From Raillietiella orientalis (taxonomy: Eukaryota): a stretch of 64,000 nucleotides of DNA. The notes beneath the pieces were generated by a model, which saw only the letters and a list, made by a program, of their open reading frames with translations, searched no databases and was not told the DNA's origin. The stretch lies in assembly GCA_036172245.1 (NCBI GenBank), contig JAYWIR010000006.1, forward strand, positions 2,666,001 to 2,730,000. The letters are read 5' to 3'. Positions 52,801 to 64,000 of this stretch are shown here, one piece after another (the stretch's first letter is position 1; every line of letters begins with the position of its first letter). The translations under genes and the position numbers were made by a program.

Positions 52801-54659
52801 ACGATCTTCTTTCCTGGAAGCCCTTTTCCTCCTTCCCTGCTTGTTCTCATCGCTGAGCCGCGTGCATCCGAATGGCCCTCGCCCTCGTGGTTTGTATGAA
52901 CGCCTTAAGGAACTTCCTCTAGGGTTCCGGTGCGTCGCGTGGATGTCTTCACACTTGTAAGCACCACCTCATCGCTTCCCAGCCTTCTGGCTGAGATCAG
53001 AAAGGCTCTGTTCCGAAGAGCCGAGAAAAAGGAGCCGGTCCAAGGTTGCCTTATGAGCTCGGTGATGCCCATTGGGCACCTGCCCGATGAACACAGACCG
53101 CTTAAAGGATATGCAACACACGGTGTTGGGGGTGGGATACGACCAAGAGATTGAGAGGTGGCAGCGCCATGAGGAGCGCCTCTGGGAATCGATTCGCTGA
53201 TCCCAGGATCCTAACTGCTCAAGCATGGGAACACAGCAGAGGGAGCCTATTCATCGCTTGAATGCATCGATCCTTTTTTTTTTTTTAGATAAAAACATCA
53301 AAGTGTAGCTCCTCTCTGTGTTCTTTCGAGAAAAGTCCAGAAAATTCGGCACTACGAAGACGTTGTGAATTCACTGAGACGGTTGTCGGGTGCAAAGGGG
53401 CTCATTTGCTATCCTTCTTATACCACCTCCAGCTTATACCACCTTCTTATACCCCTTCTCTCTCCAGCTAGCAATCTGTGTGATGACCATGGTGGCGGCA
53501 GTTTCCAAGCTTCCAGTAGAGCCCTAAGGCACGGACAAACCGCAGCTCCCTGAAGAGCCTTCTGAATTCGAAATGTTTCTGTTTTTCGATGCGTTGCTTT
53601 TTTTTCCTTCAGCCGCGTTTTCTTTTTTTTTTGCAGGGCCAGAAGGTCCCTGGATTTTGTCTGACATCAGGGATTTCATCCTGAGAGGGAATCCATCACG
53701 ATGTAACAACTTTGGTTTTCAAGAGAGAGAGAGAGAGAGGAGGGAGGAGGAGGGGGGTGAAATGCATCTACAGGAACCCCCAAACAAGTCTTCCAAAAAA
53801 TATTAAGGACGCATCTTGCGACCGCGCTCCGGTTCGTCCCAGTCAGAGCGTTCCAAAACCCTGGAAGGTGAGACCTGGACCGCGACCGAGGTCGCCCCTC
53901 CGAGCGCCCCGGACTTTACTTCTGCACGCGAAATCGTCTGTGGCAGCAGGATCTTCGCAACGCGGCTCCGTGGGCAGGTAACCCCACCTTTCTTCGGGGA
54001 AGGTCCTCAACAAAAAGCCAGAATTATGAGCCGCACGGGGAGGACTTTTTTCCTCTCCTCCAGCTCGAGACTCCCAAACCACACTAACGCAAGATCGAGA
54101 GCCGTCGCTGCTCGGTGCACATGGGATGTCTTGGTACTCTCCGAATCCTCAGCTCGGCTTCTCAGATTTCAGGGAGGATTCTTCCGCGAGCGTTTTTCCG
54201 ATATCTTTACGATCCGAGAGCGCATATGGGCGGTTCACGCTTCCAATGGTCCGTGGCTTTAATCCGTTCTTATTTTTCAGCTGCGGCTCCACATATATCT
54301 TCAGCCAGCATCATAGCAAACTGCCGTTTCCATTCTTTAAGTACTGCCGAACGGGGGCCTCCATTCCTCGACTCTTGCTGCCGTTCGTTCGCATTGTGGG
54401 TCCGCAGTGAATCCCCTGCGGTCGCATTGCTCCTCGATTGGATCCGTGGGAATTTGACAGGCAGCTGAAGAGTTTGCGCGACGGCGGCCCCTTCGGCCTT
54501 CGCCCTTCTCCAAGTTCTTGGTCCCTTCCTCTCCCTCACCCCCTTTTTGCGAGGGAGACAAGCGTGCGAAGGCGGTCGCTTCTCGATCCTTTGGCTGATA
54601 TCGAGGAGACTGTGATCTGGAACCGAAGAAGTGAGGTTCACTGAACTTCATCGCTCATC

Positions 54660-55330
54660 CAGCCGCTTCTCAACAGCTGGGGGGGATAGGGTTCCTTGCT
54701 TTGCCGACTTTCGGTTCATCCATGCCACGAGACTGAACCTGTTTCCAATTTGGGGCGTGTCAAGAAGGTCTTTAGGAGGCAAACCTCTTGCCGACACTGT
54801 GCAGCTTTGGATAAGGCCAACTGCCTCACGCGAATGAAACCACTGTAAAATGCATTCCACCTATACACAGTCAAGCATGCCGCCACAACCGAAAGGTCAC
54901 CAGCAGTTGCGAAGGATACCACAGAATGGAAGTTGGTATCGGCCAACGAGACGGGGTCTGATTTCAGCCCAAGACACCGGATCTGGTGCTGCGGAAGGCG
55001 AACCACACACCCACCCTCGAAGTCTCCTGCCCTTTCGAAAACAAGGAAGAGTCATTTGCCCTCACAAGATGGGACGAAGAAGTACCAGGAGATCTCCTTG
55101 CTGTTTGCAAGAAAAGATCTTCAGACTCAAGTATTTCAGGCTACTGTACTGGATACAGTACAGTATTCTTGCTGGATACATGAGACCACCATCGAGTAAG
55201 TGCACTCAATTGTAGGTGCGCTAGGATAGTGGAAACCCTCGGAACGATAGAGTGATCGATGAGTCTGGAGCCCGGAAGCGGTATGCGAACACAACGAGGT
55301 CCGATAGTGTGGCCTCATGTATCCAGTGCA
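54660..55330 (+). mobile_element. Degenerate RLE-type non-LTR retrotransposon 3' end (NeSL/Utopia-like)
   Basis: Ordered motifs across frames: DFRFIHATRLNLFP, *NHCKMH (zinc-knuckle remnant), PKTPDLVLRKANHTPTLEVSCPFENKEESF and KKYQEI. Confidence 0.75.
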
Positions 55331-56471
55331 GCTGGGACACCTGCTGGACGCTCCATCTAGGACATCCTCCAGATGGTACTATTAATCCTGCAACGAAGAA
55401 ATTTCAGGGAACTGCGTATCCTCACCTCCGATGTATCCTGACACCAGCCTGCTCTCCTGGCCGGTCGGTCGGCTGGCCACACGTTGCTGGCGCTTCGTGT
55501 GAGGCACAAGTTCGAGTTCTTCCCTCTGGGTCGATCCCCACCCCCCACTCTCGCTTGTCTCTCTACTGGAGTTCCCCCATCCTCTGCTGCCGCCGGTTCG
55601 GGAAAGCCTGCGTGGGCTGCGCGCCGAGAAAGCTGCTTGAAATGCACCCCCTCTAATGGATGGAGCAAACTTTCCTCTCTCTGCTCCCTTTGGAGGCACT
55701 TCGAGCCATCTTACACACATCGTGTTTGCTCGACAATCTCCTCGCTTTTGCGGGGCGCCACCGCCGTTTTCACACGGCGAAGATCCGTCAGGTTTTGGGG
55801 GGTTTCCGGCTGTTGAACCAGGTTTAATGAAAGGGAGGGGGCATCCCTGCACGAGGCGGAGGGACAACCTCTCCCGGACGCAAGCAGGAGCAGCTTCCCG
55901 CCGACCGTCGAAGGGCACCCGCGAAATCCCCTCTCCCTTTGCTGCTATCGGGAATTGCGGATGCCCAAAAGTTGACTTTCCGAAGGGCCTCGATCGATTT
56001 TCTTTGAGAAGAAAGTTCATCACGGGAGGAGGGTGGGGGAAAAAAAAGGGTTGCAGAAGCGAAAGAGTTGACATTTAAGACTTGCTGTTGGATTTACAAG
56101 CAACGGAGAAGGAATTTCGAGAGAGGAACAAGACGACGTGGGCATGCAGATGGGACGCTGAAGACAATCGAGAGGGAACCGACAGCGCCAAAGACATCTG
56201 CCCCGAGGGGAGTCGGGTCCCACTCAATTTTCATCCCACCGCTTTTTCCGAGTGACCGATTCCCCCCCCTCCAACGGTCTTCCCCCTCAGCAGCAGCGGT
56301 TCCTTTCTCGATGGACTCACGCTGCGACTACTCTTTCGAACTCGGCCGCCAGCGGCGAAGGAGGGATCCGAACGGGGATCTCCGCAAGTCCACAGTCCAC
56401 AGGAGTCCGCAGGAGGGTGCCGGCCCACCGTGCGCGGATCCGCGAGCTCCAAAAAAAAACCAAATACTCAC

Positions 56472-56635
56472 GGAGTGGTTGCCCAGGTTGTGGACAGAGC
56501 ACGACAAGAAGGCAGAGCTCCCACTCTGCACCGTAATCTGCGTGGGGAATGCATTAAGGAAGGCAGGATCCTTCGCCGGCTGGTTGAGTTTGCGCTTGTC
56601 CTTGATCGAGAAAAAATTCTTAATCGTGCAGCCAT
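56472..56635 (-). CDS. Dpr-family Ig gene, coding exon A (linker plus first part of Ig domain 1)
   Basis: Acceptor ctgcctttctctgttccAG| and donor |GTGAGT. The 164 nt exon has a phase 1 start and phase 0 end. It encodes (D)GCTIKNFFSIKDKRKLNQPAKDPAFLNAFPTQITVQSGSSAFLSCSVHNLGNHS, matching the Dpr D1 pattern P.F...NVT...G..A.L.C.V.NLGN.. and joining in frame to VSWIR in the next exon. Confidence 0.9.
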
Positions 56636-57254
56636 CTGGAACAGAGAAAGGCAGAAGCTGAGCCTGCCGTTCTGTTTCAGGGGGAGGGAAGGGCAAACGG
56701 AAGGTGGACGAACTTTGGATCTGGAGGAGAAGAGGATACCACGCGTTGGGAAGAGGCAGTTGACTCCCTCCCCCCCTTCTTTGGTTCGCAGTGCGAGAGC
56801 CGTGGCTTCTTCGATTGACCTCTTTCCGGAAACTCGCAGTCCCCCGCAAAGCGCGCGCGTGTGATTTTCTCCCGTTTTTCGTGCGTGGGAGGGCTTCGGA
56901 GACGTTCGACTGCTGTGCGAGGTATGCGCGCTGTCCATTGGGTCCTGTGATCCACTCGAACGCTCTGTATCTAGATTCCTCTGCGGCTTCCCATGCGTGG
57001 TCAGCGTAATCCGCCGTGTCAGCACGGCTGCCTTTTGACCCACCTTGCGCACTCGGTGCTTTCCGGGATTTCAGAATGCAACCAGCTCCCGGAATTTCAA
57101 TGGCGGCCATCGTTTCCCGGTCGGTAACACTTTCGGGTTTCTCCTCACCATCCAGGAAACGGAATAACAACAATTCTTCCGGTTTTTCATTCCTTTGGTT
57201 CTCAAGGAGTGCTGAATTCTCCTCCTTACGAAAGGTTTGTGAACGATGCTTAAA

Positions 57255-59180
57255 GGCACACGAAGTTCTTTAAGTATCGTTCACTCCACCCGAGGGTGTG
57301 TGTTGGCTGCTCAAGTCAGAGGAAGGATTCCGTTCCTCTTGCACTTGGGAAGGAACCCGGAAGGAGTCCGGAGGGGAGGTCGTCCCCGAAGGGACATCCT
57401 CGTTTCTTCTACCGAGGAAACCCGCAAGGGAACCGCGTCCAAATTTCCCTGAAGAGAGCCCTTCATAACACTCCGGAGAGGCAACCCCCCGAGGGGGGTA
57501 TCAACCAGCTCCATGGTACTCGATGGAGAGTTCCCCCATTCCCGAAAGGAGCACGAAGAGAGGACATTTTCACAACCGGAGGGGAAATCCGAAGCTCCAT
57601 GATTCTTGGAAGGACCCTGGAAGGTAAACTTCCAATCCCGGAGGCCAGTGAAGAGGGGCATCCGAAGGTTCCGGCTTCCGCCAGTCCGCATCCTGTGGAC
57701 CTCCTGATGCTAAAGCGAATAGAGCTGCAGCTTCAGTTTCAGACACTTGCAGTCGGGGCAATCCTGTGGAGCACCACCTGGTGCCAACCCGCACGCCTTC
57801 TTGCCCAGCAAGCCACCGGCAGCGTAGGACTCGCGTCCTTCCTTGCGCTCCGTCCACAGGTCTCATCAACTGCGGACTGCACCTTCAGCAGGTGCTCACG
57901 CTGGCGAGGAAAAACGGATGGATCTCGTGCCACCCACATTGAACGGTAGTGCCTGGTTGCAAAAAACCGTTCGCACGTGGGCGAGGCTCCAGGAGCCAAG
58001 CACGGAACAGGCGCTACCTACACGTGTAACAACAAACGCACACTCCGGGAAATCCTGGAAGATCTCGCGAAGAGTGCATGGGAAGAAAGCACAATCTTCC
58101 TCGCTGCCGCTCTGCCTTCCCTTAGGAAGCATATGGACAGCAGCCTCACGGCTAGATGGGAGGTTACTGTGGAAACCTCCGGAAAAAGAAGAGCACTGGG
58201 CGAGTGGACGACTGGCCAGCTCACCCACGCTGCTACCCGGAGTGCTTGACCTCGCTGTCTTTTGCGTTGAGGCGTGCTACTGGGTATTCCTGAGAAAGAC
58301 CTGCAGTTTCCCCCGGTGCTCATGAACACTCTCACGCTCCCATAATGTGGCAGGAGTCGGCATTGATGCTGCTGCATTAGGGCCTCCTGTGCAATGCCTG
58401 CCGCCATCATTGGACACGGGGGGGAGGAGTGGACCCAAACTGTGCAAGATGTGAAAGCGGGAATCTCTCCTGCACCTCCTAGTGGACTTTGTTACCCTCA
58501 GCTTGGTTTGGGGACGCTTTGTCGCGACCCTGCGGATCCCCGGAGGCAACTCCAGAGTAGTTTTGAAGCTCCTGTCCCTGCACGGCGCCCTCACGCCGGC
58601 CGCATCCCCAGCAGCACTTTGCTGCCTACGTGGGATCGTAGCTGCACGGAGCTACGACAGGGAAGTCCAGGACGACAAAGATGCCATGTATTTGGCTGTC
58701 CTCTTCATGAGGACAGTCTGGGAGTCTTGAAACAGGAGCTTGCCGGCATCCTGGCAAGGATGCAAGGAACACCCTCCAGCACACAGTGATCCCTTCCTGA
58801 ATCCCCCATTTTTTGGCTTTATGCTTTTTGTTTAATTTTTTTCTCTTTTTGTCTTCCTTTCCCCTGTGCTGCTGAGGCTACCCCGCTGGCCTGCTTGCCG
58901 CTTGCCGGCAGGTTCCTCCTCGTGGTTATTAGTGATGTGGCAGGACCAAACGACCTGCCATAGACGCGTATGTTTATTTTTCATAAATAAACACCCTGGC
59001 TTGACCAGGTGTCAGCCAGCGCTGCACCCGGAGCCTACAGGCCAGTCGGCGTCATCTTGCGGGGGGCTCGAAACCCGCGACGCACCCTCCGTTCTCGGCA
59101 TCGATCCTCCTCCAGGAGGGATTCGAAGTCGCCACTCTCGGTGCCACGCGCGGGGCCAGAAGCCATGGGGCCTCCAACGC
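57255..59180 (-). mobile_element. tRNA-headed SINE-like element interrupted by a LINE fragment
   Basis: The body (about 57255-57693) and head (about 59012-59180, with a B-box-like ttcgaatccc on the minus strand) flank LINE sequence. It is an inverted counterpart of 1620-3390. Confidence 0.72.
57694..59011 (+). mobile_element. 5'-truncated LINE (family A) 3' end nested in the SINE
   Basis: Starts at VDLLMLKRIELQLQ, homologous to LDLPTLERLKQQLQ near 9235. A frameshifted ORF2 remnant follows, then a T-rich 3' UTR and AATAAA at 58986-58991. Confidence 0.72.
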
Positions 59181-62100
59181 TGGCCAACAGTAAGTAATGA
59201 TAATGGATTGCTGCTCAAATTGACTCTGAAGAACTGTTGCTTTTAAAAATCGAGAGCTCATGCTCTGCTTCTTCCTCTGGATTAGTGCCATCGCTGTGTC
59301 ATCGCTTCAAGGAGTGAAGGAATGATTCCTCCGACAGTGTGCTGCTGGGAAAGCATCGATGAAGCACTGTTGGCGTACAAAAGGGAAATTGAGTGAGTCG
59401 TGGCAAGATCCGAATTGATTTCTGAATTCCCGGACGCGGACTGGCACCAGAAAATCCAAACGAGCGTTCCAATTAAAATGCAGCTTTTGGTTTTCTTCAG
59501 GCGCACCTGGCCCTTAAGATTCAAATTATGCAAAGCGAGTTGCAGGCGAAGAATCTTCCGAGTGCGTCAGCAATTATCCTGAGTGATGCATCCGTTAGTC
59601 CGTATCATCATGACGCCGGCTCAAATTAATGTAACGAATTTATGCTGTAAAGTAGCCCCATTGATTTGACCTTTTGCTAGTCAGCTCGGTTCTATTAAGA
59701 TAAATCAAACAAAACGAGGGGAAAAGAAACAAAAAATATCAAAACACGCACGTACCAAGCAGGACGTTTTTTCCTTCTGCCGTGAGTTTTCGGTACAAAG
59801 TTTCAAGGAAAATCACAAAGGTCGAATGTGGAACGGATGGGTACATTACTGTGTACAGAAACAGAAAAGAAAAAACGGAACAATCAAGTTCAAGTCTTTC
59901 CTGTTATATGTACAGCCTCGGTGTCTTCCTGACATCGGATAACGAACGAAACCGGGAGCTCGCGAGAGACGAGCGCGGCCCCAAAATGCTTGCTAAATGT
60001 TCGTCAATGATTAAGGACGAAATGTTCAAATACAGATGGCCCCGAGGCGACTGCGGAAAGGAAATAAAAAGGCCCCTGTTAAACGTTTGAGACATTTGAA
60101 GAACGAATTTCACTTCAACGCAGGAGTGCGCCAAGCAGTTCTCGGGTGGCATTTTTGCCAATGTTCCCTCAAAGTAGTGAGACCGTTGCGTGTGTTTCAT
60201 TCCGTTTCCGGAGGCAGATGCCACAGAATCTTCTCGTTAAATCACTTTATCTTTTCCTCTTAGTTCTCCTTCGGAAAATATGGTTTTTTTATCGCAACTT
60301 TGCATGACACGAAGACATATGAGGAAGAAATCTCTTATCTGGACCAAAGTTCAGACTGAACATCGGTGCTGCTTCCGAGAGGGCTAGACTGACACGAGGT
60401 TCTTGCATCGCTCAGCTCCAGTTAGGGTGACCCCTGAAGATGTACGCACTGTGCTGGCCACCGAATGACCTCTCAGTATTGCCCCACGCGAATAGGACTG
60501 CCCAATTTCATACTCGTTTTCGTTTCATTCGAAGGAAAAAAACAATCGTAGGTCTCATACGCATTGTGACTGGTGAAAGAAGCCGTACACCTCTTTCTGC
60601 CCCCCTCCCCCCTCCGCTTTTATCACCATTCGTGCTATTGAAGGAACTCAGAAGCCTCTTTTCAGTGTAAAGACCGCTGTACAGGAGGTTATCTGACAGA
60701 GCATAACAGCTGAAGAAGACAGCTGAATTCTAGAAACATTGCGCGACCGAGATTGCAAGATGCGTACAAATTCTGAAGCCAAACACACACTCACACACGT
60801 AGGAAGTTATTTCCAGGCTGTGATGCCTTTCCTCCGGTGCCACTGGGATATACCTATTTATTTTCTTTTTTCTTTATACAAGGATCTCTTGTTTAAGGCT
60901 TCCAAATATAGCTGTTCTAACAGAAAAAAAGAAAATCTGATAATCACCCCTTGTAGAGCGCATATTCGTCCTCTCCGAGAAGTCTTTGGAAGGTTTCGGG
61001 CCATCGAAACGCAAACTTCGAGAATTGCAAATGCGCGCGCGCCTTCCTCGGCCGTCTCACCTACAGACCCGCCTGCCCAAGGCCCTGCCGGAAAAAGGGA
61101 CCCCACTCTTTCCCCCCCCTGGAGATGAAAATTCCAGTGGCAGGCAGGAAGGATGAACCACTTCACGGGAGGTAGAAAGACAAACACGGGAGATCCCCGA
61201 GGGAAACCGAAATGGACATTCCGGGACAGCATGCCATCTGGTGTACAAACGAAGAAGGAAATCCGTCGCAAGCGTACGTGCACCCCAAGGCAGCACGGGT
61301 GGCGCACGTCAGTTCACGGGCAGATCCGGAACAAGAGGGAATTGCCTCCAGCGCTGGGCAACATTGGGCTTCGTGGTGCCTCCCTCTCCGGTGGCGAGCA
61401 CCCTCGACTTTCGGATTAAAGCGGCCAAACTTCCTTCCAGGAACGTCAGTCGAGAAGACGGTAAAAATGGGAGGAAGTTCGCATCCTTAGCAGAAAGAGC
61501 AGGAAGAGTCTGTGGCCGACCAGACCATTCCAAAAGGACGAAACCAGGTCTCGTGGTCAGGGGCGAAGAAGCCTTCGCGGGGTCGTTGCTCGCCTCCGTG
61601 AGCACCCACCAACGGCAATGGACAAGAGAGGAAGAGAGCAGGCGCCAAGCTCCGACCCTCCAGTTCACCTTCCGAGGACTGCCGCCACTGTCTCAGCATC
61701 TCTCTGGACCGGTACTTCATCGGGAGGCACTTTTCCTTACGATGAAGTACTGCGGAAATCCAAAGCTCCCCAGAAACGGAATGAGCACTTCAGAAAGGGA
61801 CTGATGCGTTCGAAGGTGCAAGGCTGCCGGAAGGCATGAGCTGGGTCATCGCTCCTGATGGAAGCACCCCTAGAAGAATGAAGAGAGGAAGAGGAAAGAC
61901 ATCCTTTTCCACCTATTACTCTCATCAGCACACGTTTGTGTGGTGTCCTCGTCAATGAAAATTCGAGACTCCAGTCCGGTAGACTTTCTTAGTGACATTC
62001 GTACCCGGAAGTGTGGGGTGGTCCTCGTCCTCCCTAGGTTCGGATGCCTCAAAAAGCGAGCTGCGCTCCCATTGTCCAGAGAACCGAAACGCTCCTTATG

Positions 62101-64000
62101 CGAGGACATCCTGAGCACGAGCCGCTCCAGATCCATCCAGAACGTTTCGCGGAGGTCTGCCCCATCCCCCGCCCTGCACCAACGCTGCTGTCGTGCGCGA
62201 CTGGGAAGAACCGGAACGGAAGCGCACCAGATGCTCCCGGAGAGGCGCCTACCCTTTAGAAGGGGATCTTTCCCTGCATGATCTGCCCTTCACCTCTGTC
62301 TGCAAGAGGCGAAGGGGTGCCAGAGGCCATTCCTATCAACCGAGGGACATCGCGGTCATTGTCCGCCTAGCAGGATCCCCTCCTCTCTTGAAGGAAATCC
62401 TGCGGGAGCTGCGCTGTTTTCTTTTCCCCGATGCTCGTCTGTCACCCACCCTCAGCTGGAAAACCACAGCTGAGTCCCGAATGCGCCCCTCCCCCTCCTC
62501 TCGGGAAAGAGAAAACGTGAGGCGTCTCTCTCTCTCCTTCCCTCTGTGTCATCCCATTCACATTGCCCCTGTTTGCTCATGCTGCGCATACGTGAGCCCC
62601 CGAAAGGGTTAGCGAGATGTTTTCGTTCCCTAAACCGTTGAGTCTTCTCTGATTGGCTCGGGAGCTGCGGCGCGACGTTCCCACCGGTTGTCGCGCGGTT
62701 CTGCTCTCTTGAAACTCCGTGCGGATTTTTATTTTGGGGGTTTTCGTTTCGTTCAACCCTTCTAGCATCCTTAGAGCGCTCAACTCCTCCGAGAACGGCG
62801 CTGAGGGGTGAAAGTCATCAGCGGGACCAAATGGCGTTCTACCCAGGCAATCGGTGAACCATGGTAGACCCATCGCGATGGCTCGGAGGTACCTGCGAGG
62901 TCGCTCCAAGGTCACAGACCCAGAACGTGGGTCAAGCGGAAGGCGCCGTGTCGGCAGAGAGGCAAGAAAATGAAAGGATCCTGCGGCCGCAGCGGAGGTC
63001 TGGAAGCCGCGCCGCAACCTGCATGAATCATTAATGAACAAGCTTTTCATCACTGAAGGGATGATTTGCTCCTGAAGGTTGTTTTCCTCGCCCCAAACAC
63101 GCGAGCATCCCTCTTCGGCGGATCGGGAAGCGAGAGGGACGCAGTCCTGATTTTCGGGAAGACTACCCTCCCGGACAGAGGAGTAGCGAGCAGCCTCCCG
63201 AGGCGGAAGCGCAGTCACCATGACGACACCATGACGTCAACAAACCTCATCCGCGAGGAGAGAAGCCCTCTCCCCCCCATTCGCTGGATCTGAGGGGTGG
63301 AAATTGCCCGCATCCTGTACAGAATGCAGGGTATCACAGGGAATTGCCAATGACCCTTCCTGCCTTGCCCTCCCTCCCTACATAAACAGCGACGTATCTC
63401 TTTTCCCCGAGGCGGACGGTCAGCTGGCTACCCTCCAGATTCTTCAAATTCTAGAACTTTCTCTCTCTCTCTCTCTTCAGCGTTTGCTGTTGAAACCGAA
63501 CCCCGAAGTGACCGGGTGTCACAGGAGAAATATCCGCTCGTCCCGAAACGGCGTACACCATCGGAACCCCGACGGGGGCTGATGGGATCCCAGTTCTCGG
63601 ACCGGTCGGCGGGAACTCCGAACGCCCGGAGAAGCCAGCCTCCACTTCGATCGCTTCACTTCTCCGCCGGAGGGATCGACTTTTCCCATATGGAACGGTG
63701 GAGTCCAACTCCCTCGATGTGAAGGGCGCAAGATCAACGAGTTGCGGGAAGGGGATGGGGGGAGGAAATTGGCTCCGCGGCTCTGCCTGTAGGCAGTTCC
63801 GGTTGTCCCATCCCTCGAAAGTAGCTCAGCACCTTCGGGGCTGCTGGTGCCCCGGCTGGAACGAGGCGCAGACCGCGAGGGAATGGACCGGGCACTAGCA
63901 GTCTCGTGCGCGCGCTACGAGGGCAGCTGGGAATACCTCGCCGACGAAAAGGGCGGGCAATCGCTCACTGAGAAACATTGGGGAATTTCACCGGCTCTTC

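Larger units (their letters stand above)
18070..56635 (-). other. Span of the partial Dpr/ZIG-8-like two-Ig-domain gene (5' signal exon and 3' GPI/TM exon not located)
   Basis: The three exons splice in frame (164+211+318 = 693 nt). The two-Ig architecture, motifs and very large introns fit arthropod Dpr genes. A specific ortholog cannot be assigned by eye. Confidence 0.85.

Noticed and set aside
1..59011. Orientation bias of retroelement relics relative to the host gene
   Set aside because: Both strands are well represented and many calls are low confidence, so no bias can be claimed.
62577..63221. YLRAIAMGLP...GPADDF resembling a Penelope or LTR-type RT core
   Set aside because: The motif spacing is too short and no other RT motifs are recognisable. 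It may be a relic but cannot be supported.
1..64000. Hundreds of 60-350 aa ORFs in the six-frame track read as prokaryote-style genes or an operon
   Set aside because: They overlap in all frames, are Arg/Ser/Pro/Gly-rich and lack coherent domains. The spliced Ig exons, SINEs and LINE relics show this is eukaryotic intronic DNA.

Overview
This is eukaryotic, very probably arthropod, genomic DNA rather than a prokaryotic locus. Nearly all of the many short ORFs in the six-frame track are noise. The only well-supported host gene is a minus-strand Dpr-family (defective proboscis extension response / ZIG-8-like) two-Ig-domain cell-surface gene. It has three coding exons with canonical, phase-compatible GT-AG junctions at 56472-56635, 38661-38871 and 18070-18387, separated by introns of about 17.6 and 20.3 kb. 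Its signal-peptide and C-terminal anchor exons could not be identified. The introns and flanks hold many decayed non-LTR retrotransposon relics (APE-type and RLE-type) and at least seven copies of a tRNA-headed SINE-like element. Four observations stand out. (1) Two SINE copies carry the same LINE family in antisense at the same internal site but with different 5' truncation points, suggesting a SINE-targeting site-specific LINE. (2) A partial duplicate of the Ig2 exon's 3' end could act as an in-frame phase 1-1 cassette exon and shares a downstream degenerate minisatellite with the real exon. (3) Several intronic inverted repeats are present. (4) A near-perfect tandem duplication carries two CRE palindromes. 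Transposon boundaries are approximate and were read by eye; no database searches were run.
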